Of a stretch of 64,000 bases of DNA, positions 46,255 through 55,332 are shown piece after piece. Position numbers and translations under genes: made by a program. Below the pieces are notes generated by a model that ran no database searches, was not told the origin of the DNA, and saw only the letters and a list, made by a program, of their open reading frames with translations. The stretch is taken from assembly GCA_964433035.1 (NCBI GenBank), contig CAYSQZ010000003.1:579-64578 (forward strand). The letters run 5' to 3'. Origin of the DNA: an uncultured Pirellulaceae bacterium (GTDB taxonomy: Bacteria; Planctomycetota; Planctomycetia; Pirellulales; Pirellulaceae). Every line of letters starts with the position of its first letter. Position 1 is the first letter of the stretch.

Positions 46255-47751
46255 ATGAAACGATTTCTTTTGGAAATGTTCTCACTTAAGTTGCTTTTGC
46301 TGCCAATGTTTTTACTTGGGGGCTCAGCTTGTGATGCCAACGATGCAGAACCTGCGTTTGGTAAGCAGCCCAACATCATTCTGGTGATCACGGATGATCA
46401 GGGCTACTACGACCTTTCGTCTCACGGCAATCCACATATTGCGACCCCAAATCTCGATAAGTTGCGGGATGAGAGTTTTCGATTTACTCGATTTCAAGTC
46501 AGTCCGACCTGCGCGCCAACGCGCGCTGCGATCATGTCTGGCCGACCTCCGTTTTACGTTGGCGTAACGCATACGATTTTGGAGCGTGAGCGAATGAAAC
46601 TCGAAGTTCCAACCATGCCTGAGATGCTGCAAGACGCGGGTTATACGACGGGGTTGTTCGGGAAATGGCATTTGGGAGACCAGGATCCTTATCGACCTGA
46701 TCAGCGTGGCTTCGATGAAGTCTTCATGCACGGAGCCGGTGGGATCGGGCAGTCGTATCCTGGTAGCAGCGGCGATGCTCCTGGTAACAAGTACTTTAAT
46801 CCTGCGGTTCTTCACAATAATAAATTTGTAAAAACAAAAGGCTTTTGTACTGACGTGTTTTTTGATCAGGCGATGTCGTGGATGGAATCACAGAAAGGCA
46901 AAAAGCCATTCTTTGCTTACATCTCAACCAACGCTCCTCACGGTCCATTTATCGCGCCTGATTCCTACAAAAAGAAGTTTGTCGAAGCCGGGTTTTCCAA
47001 GAAAACCGTTGGCTTTTATGGAATGGTTGAGAATATCGACGACAATATTGCAAGACTGACAACCAAACTGGACGAGATGGGAATTGCTCAGGACACGTTG
47101 TTGATTTTCATGACCGACAATGGTCCCTCAGCGTCCAATTACAATGGTGAGCACAAAGGTAAAAAGAACACGGTTCACGAAGGTGGGACGAGGGTTCCAA
47201 GCTTCTGGCGATGGCCTGGCGTTCTCAATGCTGGAACCGACGTTGATCGAATTGCCAACCACTATGACTTGCTTCCGACGTTTGCCGCGATTGTCGGCGG
47301 CACTGCTAAAGACGCCGATCAACTGCATGGCCGGTCGTTGGTTCCGTTGCTCAAAGATCCTGGGGTCGATTGGGAAGATCGGTTTCGGGTTTTTCACAAG
47401 GGCCGCTGGCGAGGCGAACCGACTGATGCTCGTGATATTGACTTCGCGGTTAGGAATCAACGCTTTCGGCTCGTTGGTCGCGATCAGTTGTACGATATGG
47501 AAAAGGATCCATCACAAAATCAAAATGTGATCGCTGATCATCCTGAAATCGCTAAGGAGATGAACGAACATTACGACAAGTGGTTTGAGGATGCGCTTCC
47601 CAATATGGTCAACGAAGATGCGGCGCTATCAGGGCACAATACGTTTCATTTGATGTTTTGGAAGCAATATGACATGGAGGTCCCGCCGGTGAAAGAACGC
47701 AAAAATTGGAAGCCGAAGAATCGCCAGAAGAAGCCGGTCCCCGCAAAGTAG
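46255..47751 (+). CDS. Arylsulfatase (formylglycine-dependent sulfatase family)
   Basis: Signal peptide, ITDDQG, CAPTRAAIMSG (CxPxR), GKWHLG. The start was chosen at the ATG at 46255. Confidence 0.9.
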   Translation: MKRFLLEMFSLKLLLLPMFLLGGSACDANDAEPAFGKQPNIILVITDDQGYYDLSSHGNPHIATPNLDKLRDESFRFTRFQVSPTCAPTRAAIMSGRPPFYVGVTHTILERERMKLEVPTMPEMLQDAGYTTGLFGKWHLGDQDPYRPDQRGFDEVFMHGAGGIGQSYPGSSGDAPGNKYFNPAVLHNNKFVKTKGFCTDVFFDQAMSWMESQKGKKPFFAYISTNAPHGPFIAPDSYKKKFVEAGFSKKTVGFYGMVENIDDNIARLTTKLDEMGIAQDTLLIFMTDNGPSASNYNGEHKGKKNTVHEGGTRVPSFWRWPGVLNAGTDVDRIANHYDLLPTFAAIVGGTAKDADQLHGRSLVPLLKDPGVDWEDRFRVFHKGRWRGEPTDARDIDFAVRNQRFRLVGRDQLYDMEKDPSQNQNVIADHPEIAKEMNEHYDKWFEDALPNMVNEDAALSGHNTFHLMFWKQYDMEVPPVKERKNWKPKNRQKKPVPAK

Positions 47752-48185
47752 CGGCTTAAAAGTATTACTTTGTGAAGCTGTTCTTTGGCATCGCTTCAGC
47801 CCAGGGGAGGTACATTTCCTGCCGGTGGCGCGAGCCACCGGAATCGGTTGAGTTTCCGAAAGCCCAAAGGGCGACACAGTTTCTGTGCCTCCCTCCGGGC
47901 TGATTGTTTGTTTGTGTTTGGTCCGGCAGCTCGCACCGCCGGCAGTTCATATGCTGGCCTGAAGTAAGTGCAGTTGAGCGATATCCCGGATACCAAACCC
48001 AGGAATTGGACGTTTTCGATAGCCCGCTCAGCACTCGATAGTGCACTGATTTTCGGGGGAAGTGTGATTTTGGTTACAGATTTGACCGGTAGATTAGTCC
48101 GCGCTAGTTCGAATCGTAAGGTAGAGTTCCTGCCTAGTGAGACGTTTCGAAGTAAAGCACAGGTCTTTTTTTAAGACCGATTCAC

Positions 48186-49364
48186 TTGCGCGATGTATCC
48201 AAAACTCCGACCATTGACAGATCTCGAATGCTTAATTTAAACCTCGAAGTCGTAAATTCGATTTCATCTTTTGCCCAGTATTGCGATCCCTGGAATCAGC
48301 TTTGGGTAAACTCCAACGCCTACGAGCCGATGTCACGCAGTGAGGGAATTCAGCGTTGGCACCAGCAGTTTTCAGTACAGGAAGATTTTTCCGCAGTCAT
48401 GGTTTGGAATGGAGCCGAGCTGGTTGGTGGACTTCCTTTAATTCACTCGCAAAAGTATGGCGTCAGGCTGTTGCAGCAGCCGCGCAACGATTGGTGTAAC
48501 GCAGGCGAGCTAATGGTTCATAGTGGCGTTGACGTTCAACGCGTTGTTGCTGCTATCGTTGAAGGGTTGGCGACGTTTTCCGAATCGGTTCTCTGCTTCG
48601 ACGGAGTACGATTCGAAACCGAGCAGTGGGCTACCTTCATTAAAGAAGTCGAGGCCGTGTCTGGTCAGATGGGGATAATGCGGCGAGAGAAAGTTGGTTT
48701 GATTGAAGTAGGTTCTGATTGGGACGCTTACTTTCAAAGCCTGTCTGGAAATCACCGAAGTAGTGTGCGACGAGCCGAGAAGAAAGCCCGTAAATCAGCT
48801 GAACTGTCATTGATGCGATTGCAGGACTTAAGTGCTGATGACTGTGTAACCTGGATGAATCGGGCGTTCGAGATTGAAAACCGCAGCTGGAAGCGTGACG
48901 CCGGAACCTCAATTCTGGCATCGCAAGGGATGTCGTCATTCTTCCTTGATGAAGCGGAGATTGCCCGGACTTCTGGCATGCTGGAGCTTTGGTTTTTGAT
49001 GATGGACCAGGAGCCGATCGCTTTTGAATATTGTCATCTCGCCAAGCAAGTTTTGCTGTCGTACAAGATCGGTTTTGACGAATCGTTCAAGCGACTTGCA
49101 CCTGGAAAACTCTTGCGGAAATTGCAACTGGAAACCTTGTGTCGCGAGTCGCCCGGTACGGTCTTGGACACCAAGGGAGTTCTCTGCTCTGAGAAAGCGA
49201 AATGGGCAACAAGCACTTACGACATTGGCCGATTGGTAGTTGCGTTGAAGGGGCGCGTTCCCAAATTGCTCCTCAATGCTTATCTACACGCCAAGCCAAT
49301 TGTTCAAAGATTTCGAAACGTTGAAGCGAATTCGCCAAGCTTGGGGGCCGGCGGCGCTAATTGA
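48186..49364 (+). CDS. GNAT-fold acyltransferase, CelD/BioF2-like family (paralog 1)
   Basis: DWDAYFQSLSGNHRSSVRRAEKKARK block and a C-terminal GNAT-like region. It is a paralog of 49645..50883. The start is uncertain. Confidence 0.65.
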   Translation: MRDVSKTPTIDRSRMLNLNLEVVNSISSFAQYCDPWNQLWVNSNAYEPMSRSEGIQRWHQQFSVQEDFSAVMVWNGAELVGGLPLIHSQKYGVRLLQQPRNDWCNAGELMVHSGVDVQRVVAAIVEGLATFSESVLCFDGVRFETEQWATFIKEVEAVSGQMGIMRREKVGLIEVGSDWDAYFQSLSGNHRSSVRRAEKKARKSAELSLMRLQDLSADDCVTWMNRAFEIENRSWKRDAGTSILASQGMSSFFLDEAEIARTSGMLELWFLMMDQEPIAFEYCHLAKQVLLSYKIGFDESFKRLAPGKLLRKLQLETLCRESPGTVLDTKGVLCSEKAKWATSTYDIGRLVVALKGRVPKLLLNAYLHAKPIVQRFRNVEANSPSLGAGGAN

Positions 49365-49391
49365 TGTGCTTCAGCGGATGATTGCTTTTGC

Positions 49392-49628
49392 TTATGCCGG
49401 CAAATTGAAAACGAAGATAAGCCCATACACGATGTTCAAACCAAGGTATTCAAAGTCCAGGTAATCCAGATGTTCGCATTTTGACGATTGCGTGGGCGCT
49501 GCCATGTGTTCTTCCAGCAAAATTTTCTCAAGCGTTAACATTGATGTAAGTTTGCAGAGGGCCAGACGTCTCAATTGTTCGGCAGGCCCATGCTGGCCGA
49601 GTAAAAACGACACTAAACGATTCACCAC
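49392..49628 (-). CDS. Possible acyl-carrier-protein-like small protein (78 aa)
   Basis: It fills the gap between the two GNAT genes on the opposite strand. The segment KLTSMLTLEKILLEEH..LDYLDFEYL loosely resembles the (I/L)DS(M/L)xxxELxxxLEEEF carrier-protein core, with TS in place of DS. Confidence 0.35.
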   Translation of the reverse strand: MVNRLVSFLLGQHGPAEQLRRLALCKLTSMLTLEKILLEEHMAAPTQSSKCEHLDYLDFEYLGLNIVYGLIFVFNLPA

Positions 49629-49644
49629 CAGGTTGCTCTAAATT

Positions 49645-50883
49645 ATGTCCACCACTTACTCTCCTGCCTGTTCTCCCATGTCTGGTGAAACTCAGCAATC
49701 CAATACGGAAATCATGCCAAGCTCCTTGGTGCTTCCAACTCCAACTCAAGCAGACGTTCTGGTTCCAAACGAACAAGACCAGAACTTTTCAATTCGTGTG
49801 GTGCAATCGAATCGCGAGTTTGCAGAGTTAAAATCTGCTTGGGACAACATTAACCAGAACCCACTACAAAGTTTCGATTGGCATTTTGCCTGGTGGAAAC
49901 ACTTTGGCGATGGCTGTCAGCTACAAATCTACTGCTTGGAAAGCAACGGAGAAGTCGTCGGTATCGCTCCGTTTTTTAAAGACCGGTGGTTGAGTCAGAG
50001 TCGATTACGATTCATCGGTTCTGGTAGCGCATGCACTGACTACGCAGATGTCATCGTCGACCCAAGTATTCGCAAGATTTTTATCAATGAAATAGCCAAT
50101 CATTCACAGCAGCTCGCTGGTGTCGACCTGTTAGAACTCGAAGGCGTGGATGATTGTGGACCAGCCGAGGAATTGACTGCCACCTATTCTGATAAGGCTT
50201 GGGTATATCAAAAAACAATCGATGCTTGTTGGTATTTGGCGTTGCCCGATACATGGGATAAATTTTGCAAGGCGGCCAAAAGCTCTTTGCGGCGAAAAAT
50301 CCGAAAAGCAGAAAAGCGCATTTCGAAGGGGGAAGTCGTTATTCGTTCGACTGAAGACGATCTCGATTTTGAAACAGCTTTTGGGATTCTGGTCGAGCTT
50401 CATCAGCTTCGATTTAGATCCAAAGGCGAACCGGGCGTGTTTGCGGATCCGGTGTTTTATTCATTTTTGAAGACGTCTGCCAAGAAATTGTGTGGCCAGC
50501 AAAAAGCTGAGATTTTTGTTGCTTATGCAGATTCGAAACCGATTGGATGCCACTTTTATTTATTTGCCGATTCGGGCCCTCAGTTTTACCAAGGCGGCGT
50601 TTTGACAACTCGAATGGATCTGGAGCCCGGGCATTTGATGTTCACTTACGCGGTCAAAAAAGCAATCGAGCGCGGGTGCCGAGAGTTTGATTTTCTTCGC
50701 GGAAATGAAAGTTACAAGCCATTTTGGGGAGCCGTCGCCAGAGAGTTGTATATGGTCCGACTGGTTTCCAAGAAGCTAAAGCCAACGTTGGCTAATATGG
50801 CATATCGGTTTGCAAGACGAAGCAAGCACGTCATGGTCGGTGCAGCGTCGCAGATGAAGGCTGCGAAATTGTTACGCAGATGA
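49645..50883 (+). CDS. GNAT-fold acyltransferase, CelD/BioF2-like family (paralog 2)
   Basis: TWDKFCKAAKSSLRRKIRKAEKRISK block, FDFLRGNESYK motif. Confidence 0.7.
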   Translation: MSTTYSPACSPMSGETQQSNTEIMPSSLVLPTPTQADVLVPNEQDQNFSIRVVQSNREFAELKSAWDNINQNPLQSFDWHFAWWKHFGDGCQLQIYCLESNGEVVGIAPFFKDRWLSQSRLRFIGSGSACTDYADVIVDPSIRKIFINEIANHSQQLAGVDLLELEGVDDCGPAEELTATYSDKAWVYQKTIDACWYLALPDTWDKFCKAAKSSLRRKIRKAEKRISKGEVVIRSTEDDLDFETAFGILVELHQLRFRSKGEPGVFADPVFYSFLKTSAKKLCGQQKAEIFVAYADSKPIGCHFYLFADSGPQFYQGGVLTTRMDLEPGHLMFTYAVKKAIERGCREFDFLRGNESYKPFWGAVARELYMVRLVSKKLKPTLANMAYRFARRSKHVMVGAASQMKAAKLLRR

Positions 50884-51188
50884 AGTGAGTTCTCGAGCCG
50901 CTCTGTCCAGGCTCGTCAGCATGCTCTCGACCGGCAATCGGCCCGTCGAGGTGAGGCGCCAAACTCACTCGCTCACTGAGCTCTGGGAAAAACTCCGGAT
51001 GCTTTTGATTGAGCGATTCTCCAAATGGATACCCAAGTGGTCGGGGCGATCCGCCTTTTTCGTAGTCTGTGCGTCAAATCTAAGACCAATTCGTACACGG
51101 CCTTGAATTGCCAGCGTAATTAGTTGAATTCTATGCGCGTCTTCTATAAGCTAATCGAGTTAGCGAACTATCAACTAAAGGCAGCGTA

Positions 51189-52598
51189 ATGGCAGGCAAC
51201 AACACCGTGGTGGGTTTGGGAAGTAATACTAATTGGGTCGAGAGTTTTGCAGCAGTGCTTCTTGCACTTGTGTTTGCCACGATAACGTTAGGGCAATCGA
51301 ACATCACTTCTCTTAATTTCGAACTCGTCGGTAGTGGTATGAACCGACCTGTCTTCGCCGCTTCGGCGCCAGGAGATGCGGACAATTTGTTTGTGTTGGA
51401 ACAGCATTTGGGTAGGATCCAGCGAATTGACCTTTCAACTGGAGTTAGATCAGTTTTTGCGACGCTACCCGGTGGGACGGTATCTACTGGAAACGAACAA
51501 GGGTTGTTGGGACTGGCTTTTCACCCGAATTATCAAACTAACGGCAGGTACTACTTGAACTACACCGATGCCGCTGGCGCTACACGTGTGCGTGAGTACA
51601 CGCGCCAAAGTCCGACCCAAGGTAGCGCATTTGCGACGCAGGATATCTTGGCTGTGGGGCAACCATTCTCCAACCATAACGCGGGCTGGATCGGATTTGG
51701 CCCAGACAACTATTTGTACATTGCCACTGGTGACGGTGGCTCGGCCAACGATCCCTTCAACAACTCACAGACGATCACCAACAACTTGTTAGGGAAAATC
51801 CTGCGCGTCGATGTTGATGGTGACGATTTTCCGACCGACGCCAATCGGAACTATTCGATTCCAGCTTCCAACCCGTTTGTAGGTCAGGTAGGTGACGACG
51901 AGATTTTCGTCTACGGATTGAGGAACCCATACCGCTGCAGTTTCGATCGCGACACGGGGGATCTGTGGATCGCCGATGTCGGACAAAACGCTCGAGAGGA
52001 GATTGACGTCATTCCAGCAGGCACTTCAGGGCAGAATTTTGGTTGGAGACTACGCGAGGGAACGCTCGGTCAGTTCGTCGCAGGAGCCATTGATCCGGTT
52101 TACCAATATTCGCGGGGCTTTGGTTTTAACCAGGGATTCTCTGTGACTGGCGGATACGTTTACCGAGGCAGTATTCCCGAACTCGATGGAAGCTATTTCT
52201 TCGCGGACTTTGTCAGTGATGGGATCTGGTCTTTCCAGTTTAACGGCGACGCCCAAGCTGATTTTGACGCCACCAACTTCACCGACTTTGAAGTCTGGAG
52301 CGACCGGATCGAAAACGGCTTGGCTTCTGATATCAATGATGTGTCTTCATTTGGTGAAGATAACAATGGAGATCTATTTGTGGTTAGTCTTAGTGGAAGC
52401 GTCTTTCGGCTTAATTCTGTAACTGTGCCAATTACGCTGGGCGATGTTAATCGAGACGGCGTCGTCGATTTTTTCGACATCAGCCCATTCATTGCGATTC
52501 TTTCCAATGGTGGCTTTCAAGCTGAAGCGGATATTGATCTTGATGAAGACGTCGACTTTTTTGATATCCAACCTTTCATTGACCTACTGAGTCAGTAA
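51189..52598 (+). CDS. PQQ-dependent sugar (glucose/sorbosone) dehydrogenase-like beta-propeller with C-terminal dockerin-like module
   Basis: GLLGLAFHPNY, HNAGWIGFGPDNYLYIATGDGG, GLRNPYRCSFD. The C-terminus is GDVNRDGVVDFFDISPFIAIL...DIDLDEDVDFFDIQPFIDLL. Confidence 0.8.
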   Translation: MAGNNTVVGLGSNTNWVESFAAVLLALVFATITLGQSNITSLNFELVGSGMNRPVFAASAPGDADNLFVLEQHLGRIQRIDLSTGVRSVFATLPGGTVSTGNEQGLLGLAFHPNYQTNGRYYLNYTDAAGATRVREYTRQSPTQGSAFATQDILAVGQPFSNHNAGWIGFGPDNYLYIATGDGGSANDPFNNSQTITNNLLGKILRVDVDGDDFPTDANRNYSIPASNPFVGQVGDDEIFVYGLRNPYRCSFDRDTGDLWIADVGQNAREEIDVIPAGTSGQNFGWRLREGTLGQFVAGAIDPVYQYSRGFGFNQGFSVTGGYVYRGSIPELDGSYFFADFVSDGIWSFQFNGDAQADFDATNFTDFEVWSDRIENGLASDINDVSSFGEDNNGDLFVVSLSGSVFRLNSVTVPITLGDVNRDGVVDFFDISPFIAILSNGGFQAEADIDLDEDVDFFDIQPFIDLLSQ

Positions 52599-52609
52599 AA
52601 AGCGATGGC

Positions 52610-53099
52610 TTGGAGGAAAGCTGGTTAGTTCAGTTTATACACATCCCAAGTTTGTTCGAACTTGATCAGAGTCGTAGAGCGATGGTCTGCAACGTCGTAG
52701 TCCGCGGGTTCGATTGTCTCCCCGCTATCGCCAACAATCGTTTGCGCAGGGTGCGAGATTTATGTCAGTCGCTGACTGCGGGTGTCATTACGCTGGACGT
52801 GGCGCGTGACGCGTTCAAGATGTCGGAGATCGACGGGCTGGGATCGGACCGACAGGATCGCCGCTATCTATCTCGACACTTTGATTCGGGTTTGTCTGGG
52901 CGGGCCCACTGGGATTGGGACCACTGCCGCTACGATGAATTCATTAGCCGACGAAGTCGAAACGTTTTTGCTCAGAAGTGAATTGATCCTCAGAACGCTC
53001 GCGGTCGGGTCGCTTGCGCGAATTTTCTCGCCGGGTTTTTGCATACACCCAAAGCATTTGCTCACACAAGAGTTATCCGTTCTTGCACAGAAGCGCTAG
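52610..53099 (+). pseudogene. ruvB: ruvB remnant: C-terminal third only, with a +1 frameshift near 52870
   Basis: Frame 1 reads PAIANNRLRRVRDLCQSLTAGVITLDVARDAFKMSEIDGLGSDRQDRRYL. The shifted frame reads LDTLIRVCLGGPTGIGTTAATMNSLADEVETFLLRSELILRT. Together they follow the RuvB pattern TPRIANRLLRRVRD...GLDxxDRRYLxxLIxxFxGGPVGLxTLAAA..EDVxEPYLIQxGFLxRTPRGR. No Walker-A part lies upstream. Confidence 0.65.
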
Positions 53100-53294
53100 A
53101 AATTCCTTAAATTCAAGCAGAGCAAACGTTCGTTAAAATCCTGCGATCCCCTGTACTCGAAAGTTTTTGCCGATTTAACATTTTAACGGCTTAGTGAGCA
53201 GTTCTTTCGGAAAACTGTGATTCGTTCTTATACTGCGCTACGCTGTGAGACGATCCAGATAAAACACTTCCAGCTAGTGATGAGGAGCTAACTC

Positions 53295-54164
53295 GTGAGA
53301 ATCCGTGATTTTATACTCGCTGCGTTTGCGGTAGTCGCAATGGCGTCTTGTTCGTTGTATGCCGACATCATAATTTCAAATAATTTCGATGGCGTTGCTG
53401 ACGATGTTGGCCCAGCGTTTCAATTGTTGAGCAACAATGCGACGAGTGGCAGTACGTTCGATGACACCACAGGCGTCGTCAGCGTTGTCGGTGCCCTAAA
53501 CATGAACGGTACCAATTCTACCAACGCCGCAGGCTTCAACAACGATGCACTGGCTCCACTGGCTGCTGACGTCGGATCAATTACAGCTACTTTTGTGATT
53601 TCTTCCGTTGATAACGTGCTTTTCTCTCGAAGCAACGGATTCTTTTTGGGACTGGCCACTGGGGCTGGAGCAACTGATGCGACCGGCGCTGGATTGTTTA
53701 ACAATACTGCTGCCTCAGTAGGTTTACGCTTTAACTCAAACGACCAACCCGACGAGCCTCTCACCATAGCCCAGATTATTACCGAAGGAGCAACCGGCGG
53801 TGACACGTCACTGCAAGATGTTGCCGGGCCAGCAGCTGCAGACGTCGAAGACGGGTTCACCTTCGAAATCACCTTGAACAGTGACGGCACCGTCGATGCG
53901 TCTACCACAGGGTTGACCACGGAAATCGCTCTTACAGGCGGAACTCTTGCCGATCCTTCGTTTGCCGATTTCCTCGCTGGCGGTGTTGGGGTGAACTCCA
54001 CCTTCCAAGGTGGCGATGGTGGGTTCACGATCGACAGCGTGACCGTGCACGCGGCAGTAGCGGTCCCAGAGCCGTCATCTTTGGCTTTGCTTGGTTTGGC
54101 GAGCTTGGGTTTGGTGACTCGTCGCCGTCGTTTTTTTAAACATGCGTGTGGACGCTGCCCATGA
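53295..54164 (+). CDS. PEP-CTERM sorting-domain secreted protein
   Basis: Signal peptide, Gly/Thr/Ala-rich body, and the C-terminal VPEPSSLALLGLASLGLVTRRRR motif. GTG start. Confidence 0.8.
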   Translation: MRIRDFILAAFAVVAMASCSLYADIIISNNFDGVADDVGPAFQLLSNNATSGSTFDDTTGVVSVVGALNMNGTNSTNAAGFNNDALAPLAADVGSITATFVISSVDNVLFSRSNGFFLGLATGAGATDATGAGLFNNTAASVGLRFNSNDQPDEPLTIAQIITEGATGGDTSLQDVAGPAAADVEDGFTFEITLNSDGTVDASTTGLTTEIALTGGTLADPSFADFLAGGVGVNSTFQGGDGGFTIDSVTVHAAVAVPEPSSLALLGLASLGLVTRRRRFFKHACGRCP

Positions 54165-54221
54165 GCTCAATCTTGCTTCATTCGGCCAAGTCAGCGTGCT
54201 AAATAAACTATAGAACCAACC

Positions 54222-55178
54222 TCAATGCTCCTCTTCCGTCTCAGATTCTTTGGCTTCTGGTTTGACGATTTCACCTGGCATCAAGATCGTGTAAACCTTC
54301 GTTCCCACTGGCGGGATGTTTTCAGTGTAAGCTTCGAATAGCAAGCCGTCGTTGGCTTGACTGCTTCTAACATCAACGTCGATCGTGGCAGTGGAAAAGT
54401 TTGAAAGGCATATTAGCTCGCCTGAATCGCCATAGTAGATTTCATCTCCAGTATCAGGGTCTTTCCAAAATTTTGAACCACCAAAGATCCATCGCTGCGT
54501 CATCGCCTTTTGGGTGTTGGTATTTCGGATCCATTGCTTGGCGTCTTGAGATTTGGTTTTTCCAGATTTGCCATCGCGCCACTTAATCGTGGCGTCGATT
54601 GTGGGACCGTAAGCCGGGCGGTATTCCGGATCCCAGGAAGAAGCTTTCCCGGGCGTGCAACCAACCAGTAACAATGCATGGTGAATTTGAGAAGATAAAG
54701 CGCTTGAAGCAATCACCGATTCGTGCTCCTTGGTACCTCGTGGGCAGATGAACATTTCCAGCTGACCATCGTCCAGGCAAACATGGCCCGCAAACATGAC
54801 ATGCTTGGCTTTCTTATCGATCCAAACTTCATGATCTTTACTTAGTCGAATCCAGTTTTCTCCTATCTCGATAGTCGGCTCGGCAGGATCTGTCTTTGCT
54901 TGGTCGGATTTTGCGTCGGAGCCCTCTATGTCATCGCCACCAGCAGGGCTCTCCAGAGTTGGAGCCATGGTGTCGTCAGTCGCGTCAGTGAGGTTTGTCG
55001 TGTCGCTCGATTCCGCGTTGAGCTTCGCTTCATGAGATTCCAAGCCTTCCGCAACGGCCCTTAGATTCTCGGCAGCCTTTTCCCGTCTCGCTGCATCGGA
55101 TTGGTTGCATCCCGACTGAAGCACCAGCAGGGCGAAGATCGACGTCAACGACAGACACATCAAACTCTTAATAGCCAT
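54222..55178 (-). CDS. Lipoprotein with YdjY-like C-terminal domain
   Basis: Lipobox LQSGCN, an acidic linker, and the block LEMFICPRGTKEHESVIASSALSSQIHHALLLVGCTPG resembling YdjY-domain proteins. The family call is from memory. Confidence 0.5.
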   Translation of the reverse strand: MAIKSLMCLSLTSIFALLVLQSGCNQSDAARREKAAENLRAVAEGLESHEAKLNAESSDTTNLTDATDDTMAPTLESPAGGDDIEGSDAKSDQAKTDPAEPTIEIGENWIRLSKDHEVWIDKKAKHVMFAGHVCLDDGQLEMFICPRGTKEHESVIASSALSSQIHHALLLVGCTPGKASSWDPEYRPAYGPTIDATIKWRDGKSGKTKSQDAKQWIRNTNTQKAMTQRWIFGGSKFWKDPDTGDEIYYGDSGELICLSNFSTATIDVDVRSSQANDGLLFEAYTENIPPVGTKVYTILMPGEIVKPEAKESETEEEH

Positions 55179-55332
55179 CTTAAATTCCAGTTAGACGTTT
55201 TGAGACATTAAGCTGTTTCAAAGAAGAGGATATGCCGAGACCAGGCCTTAGGCAATGTCTGTGCTGCTGCCGAAAAGGTGTCCCTGCGGATTTGATGGGC
55301 GATTGTAAACGCTTATCGAAAACTCTACTCTA

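Noticed and set aside
52610-52981. ORFs 52610..52981 and 52782..53099 as two independent small genes
   Set aside because: Together they reconstruct one RuvB C-terminal region across a frameshift, so I annotated them as a pseudogene remnant.
53420-54028. 202-aa minus-strand ORF
   Set aside because: It is antisense to the PEP-CTERM protein gene. Its low-complexity Pro/Ala/Val/Ser content is typical of shadows of Gly/Thr/Ala-rich genes.
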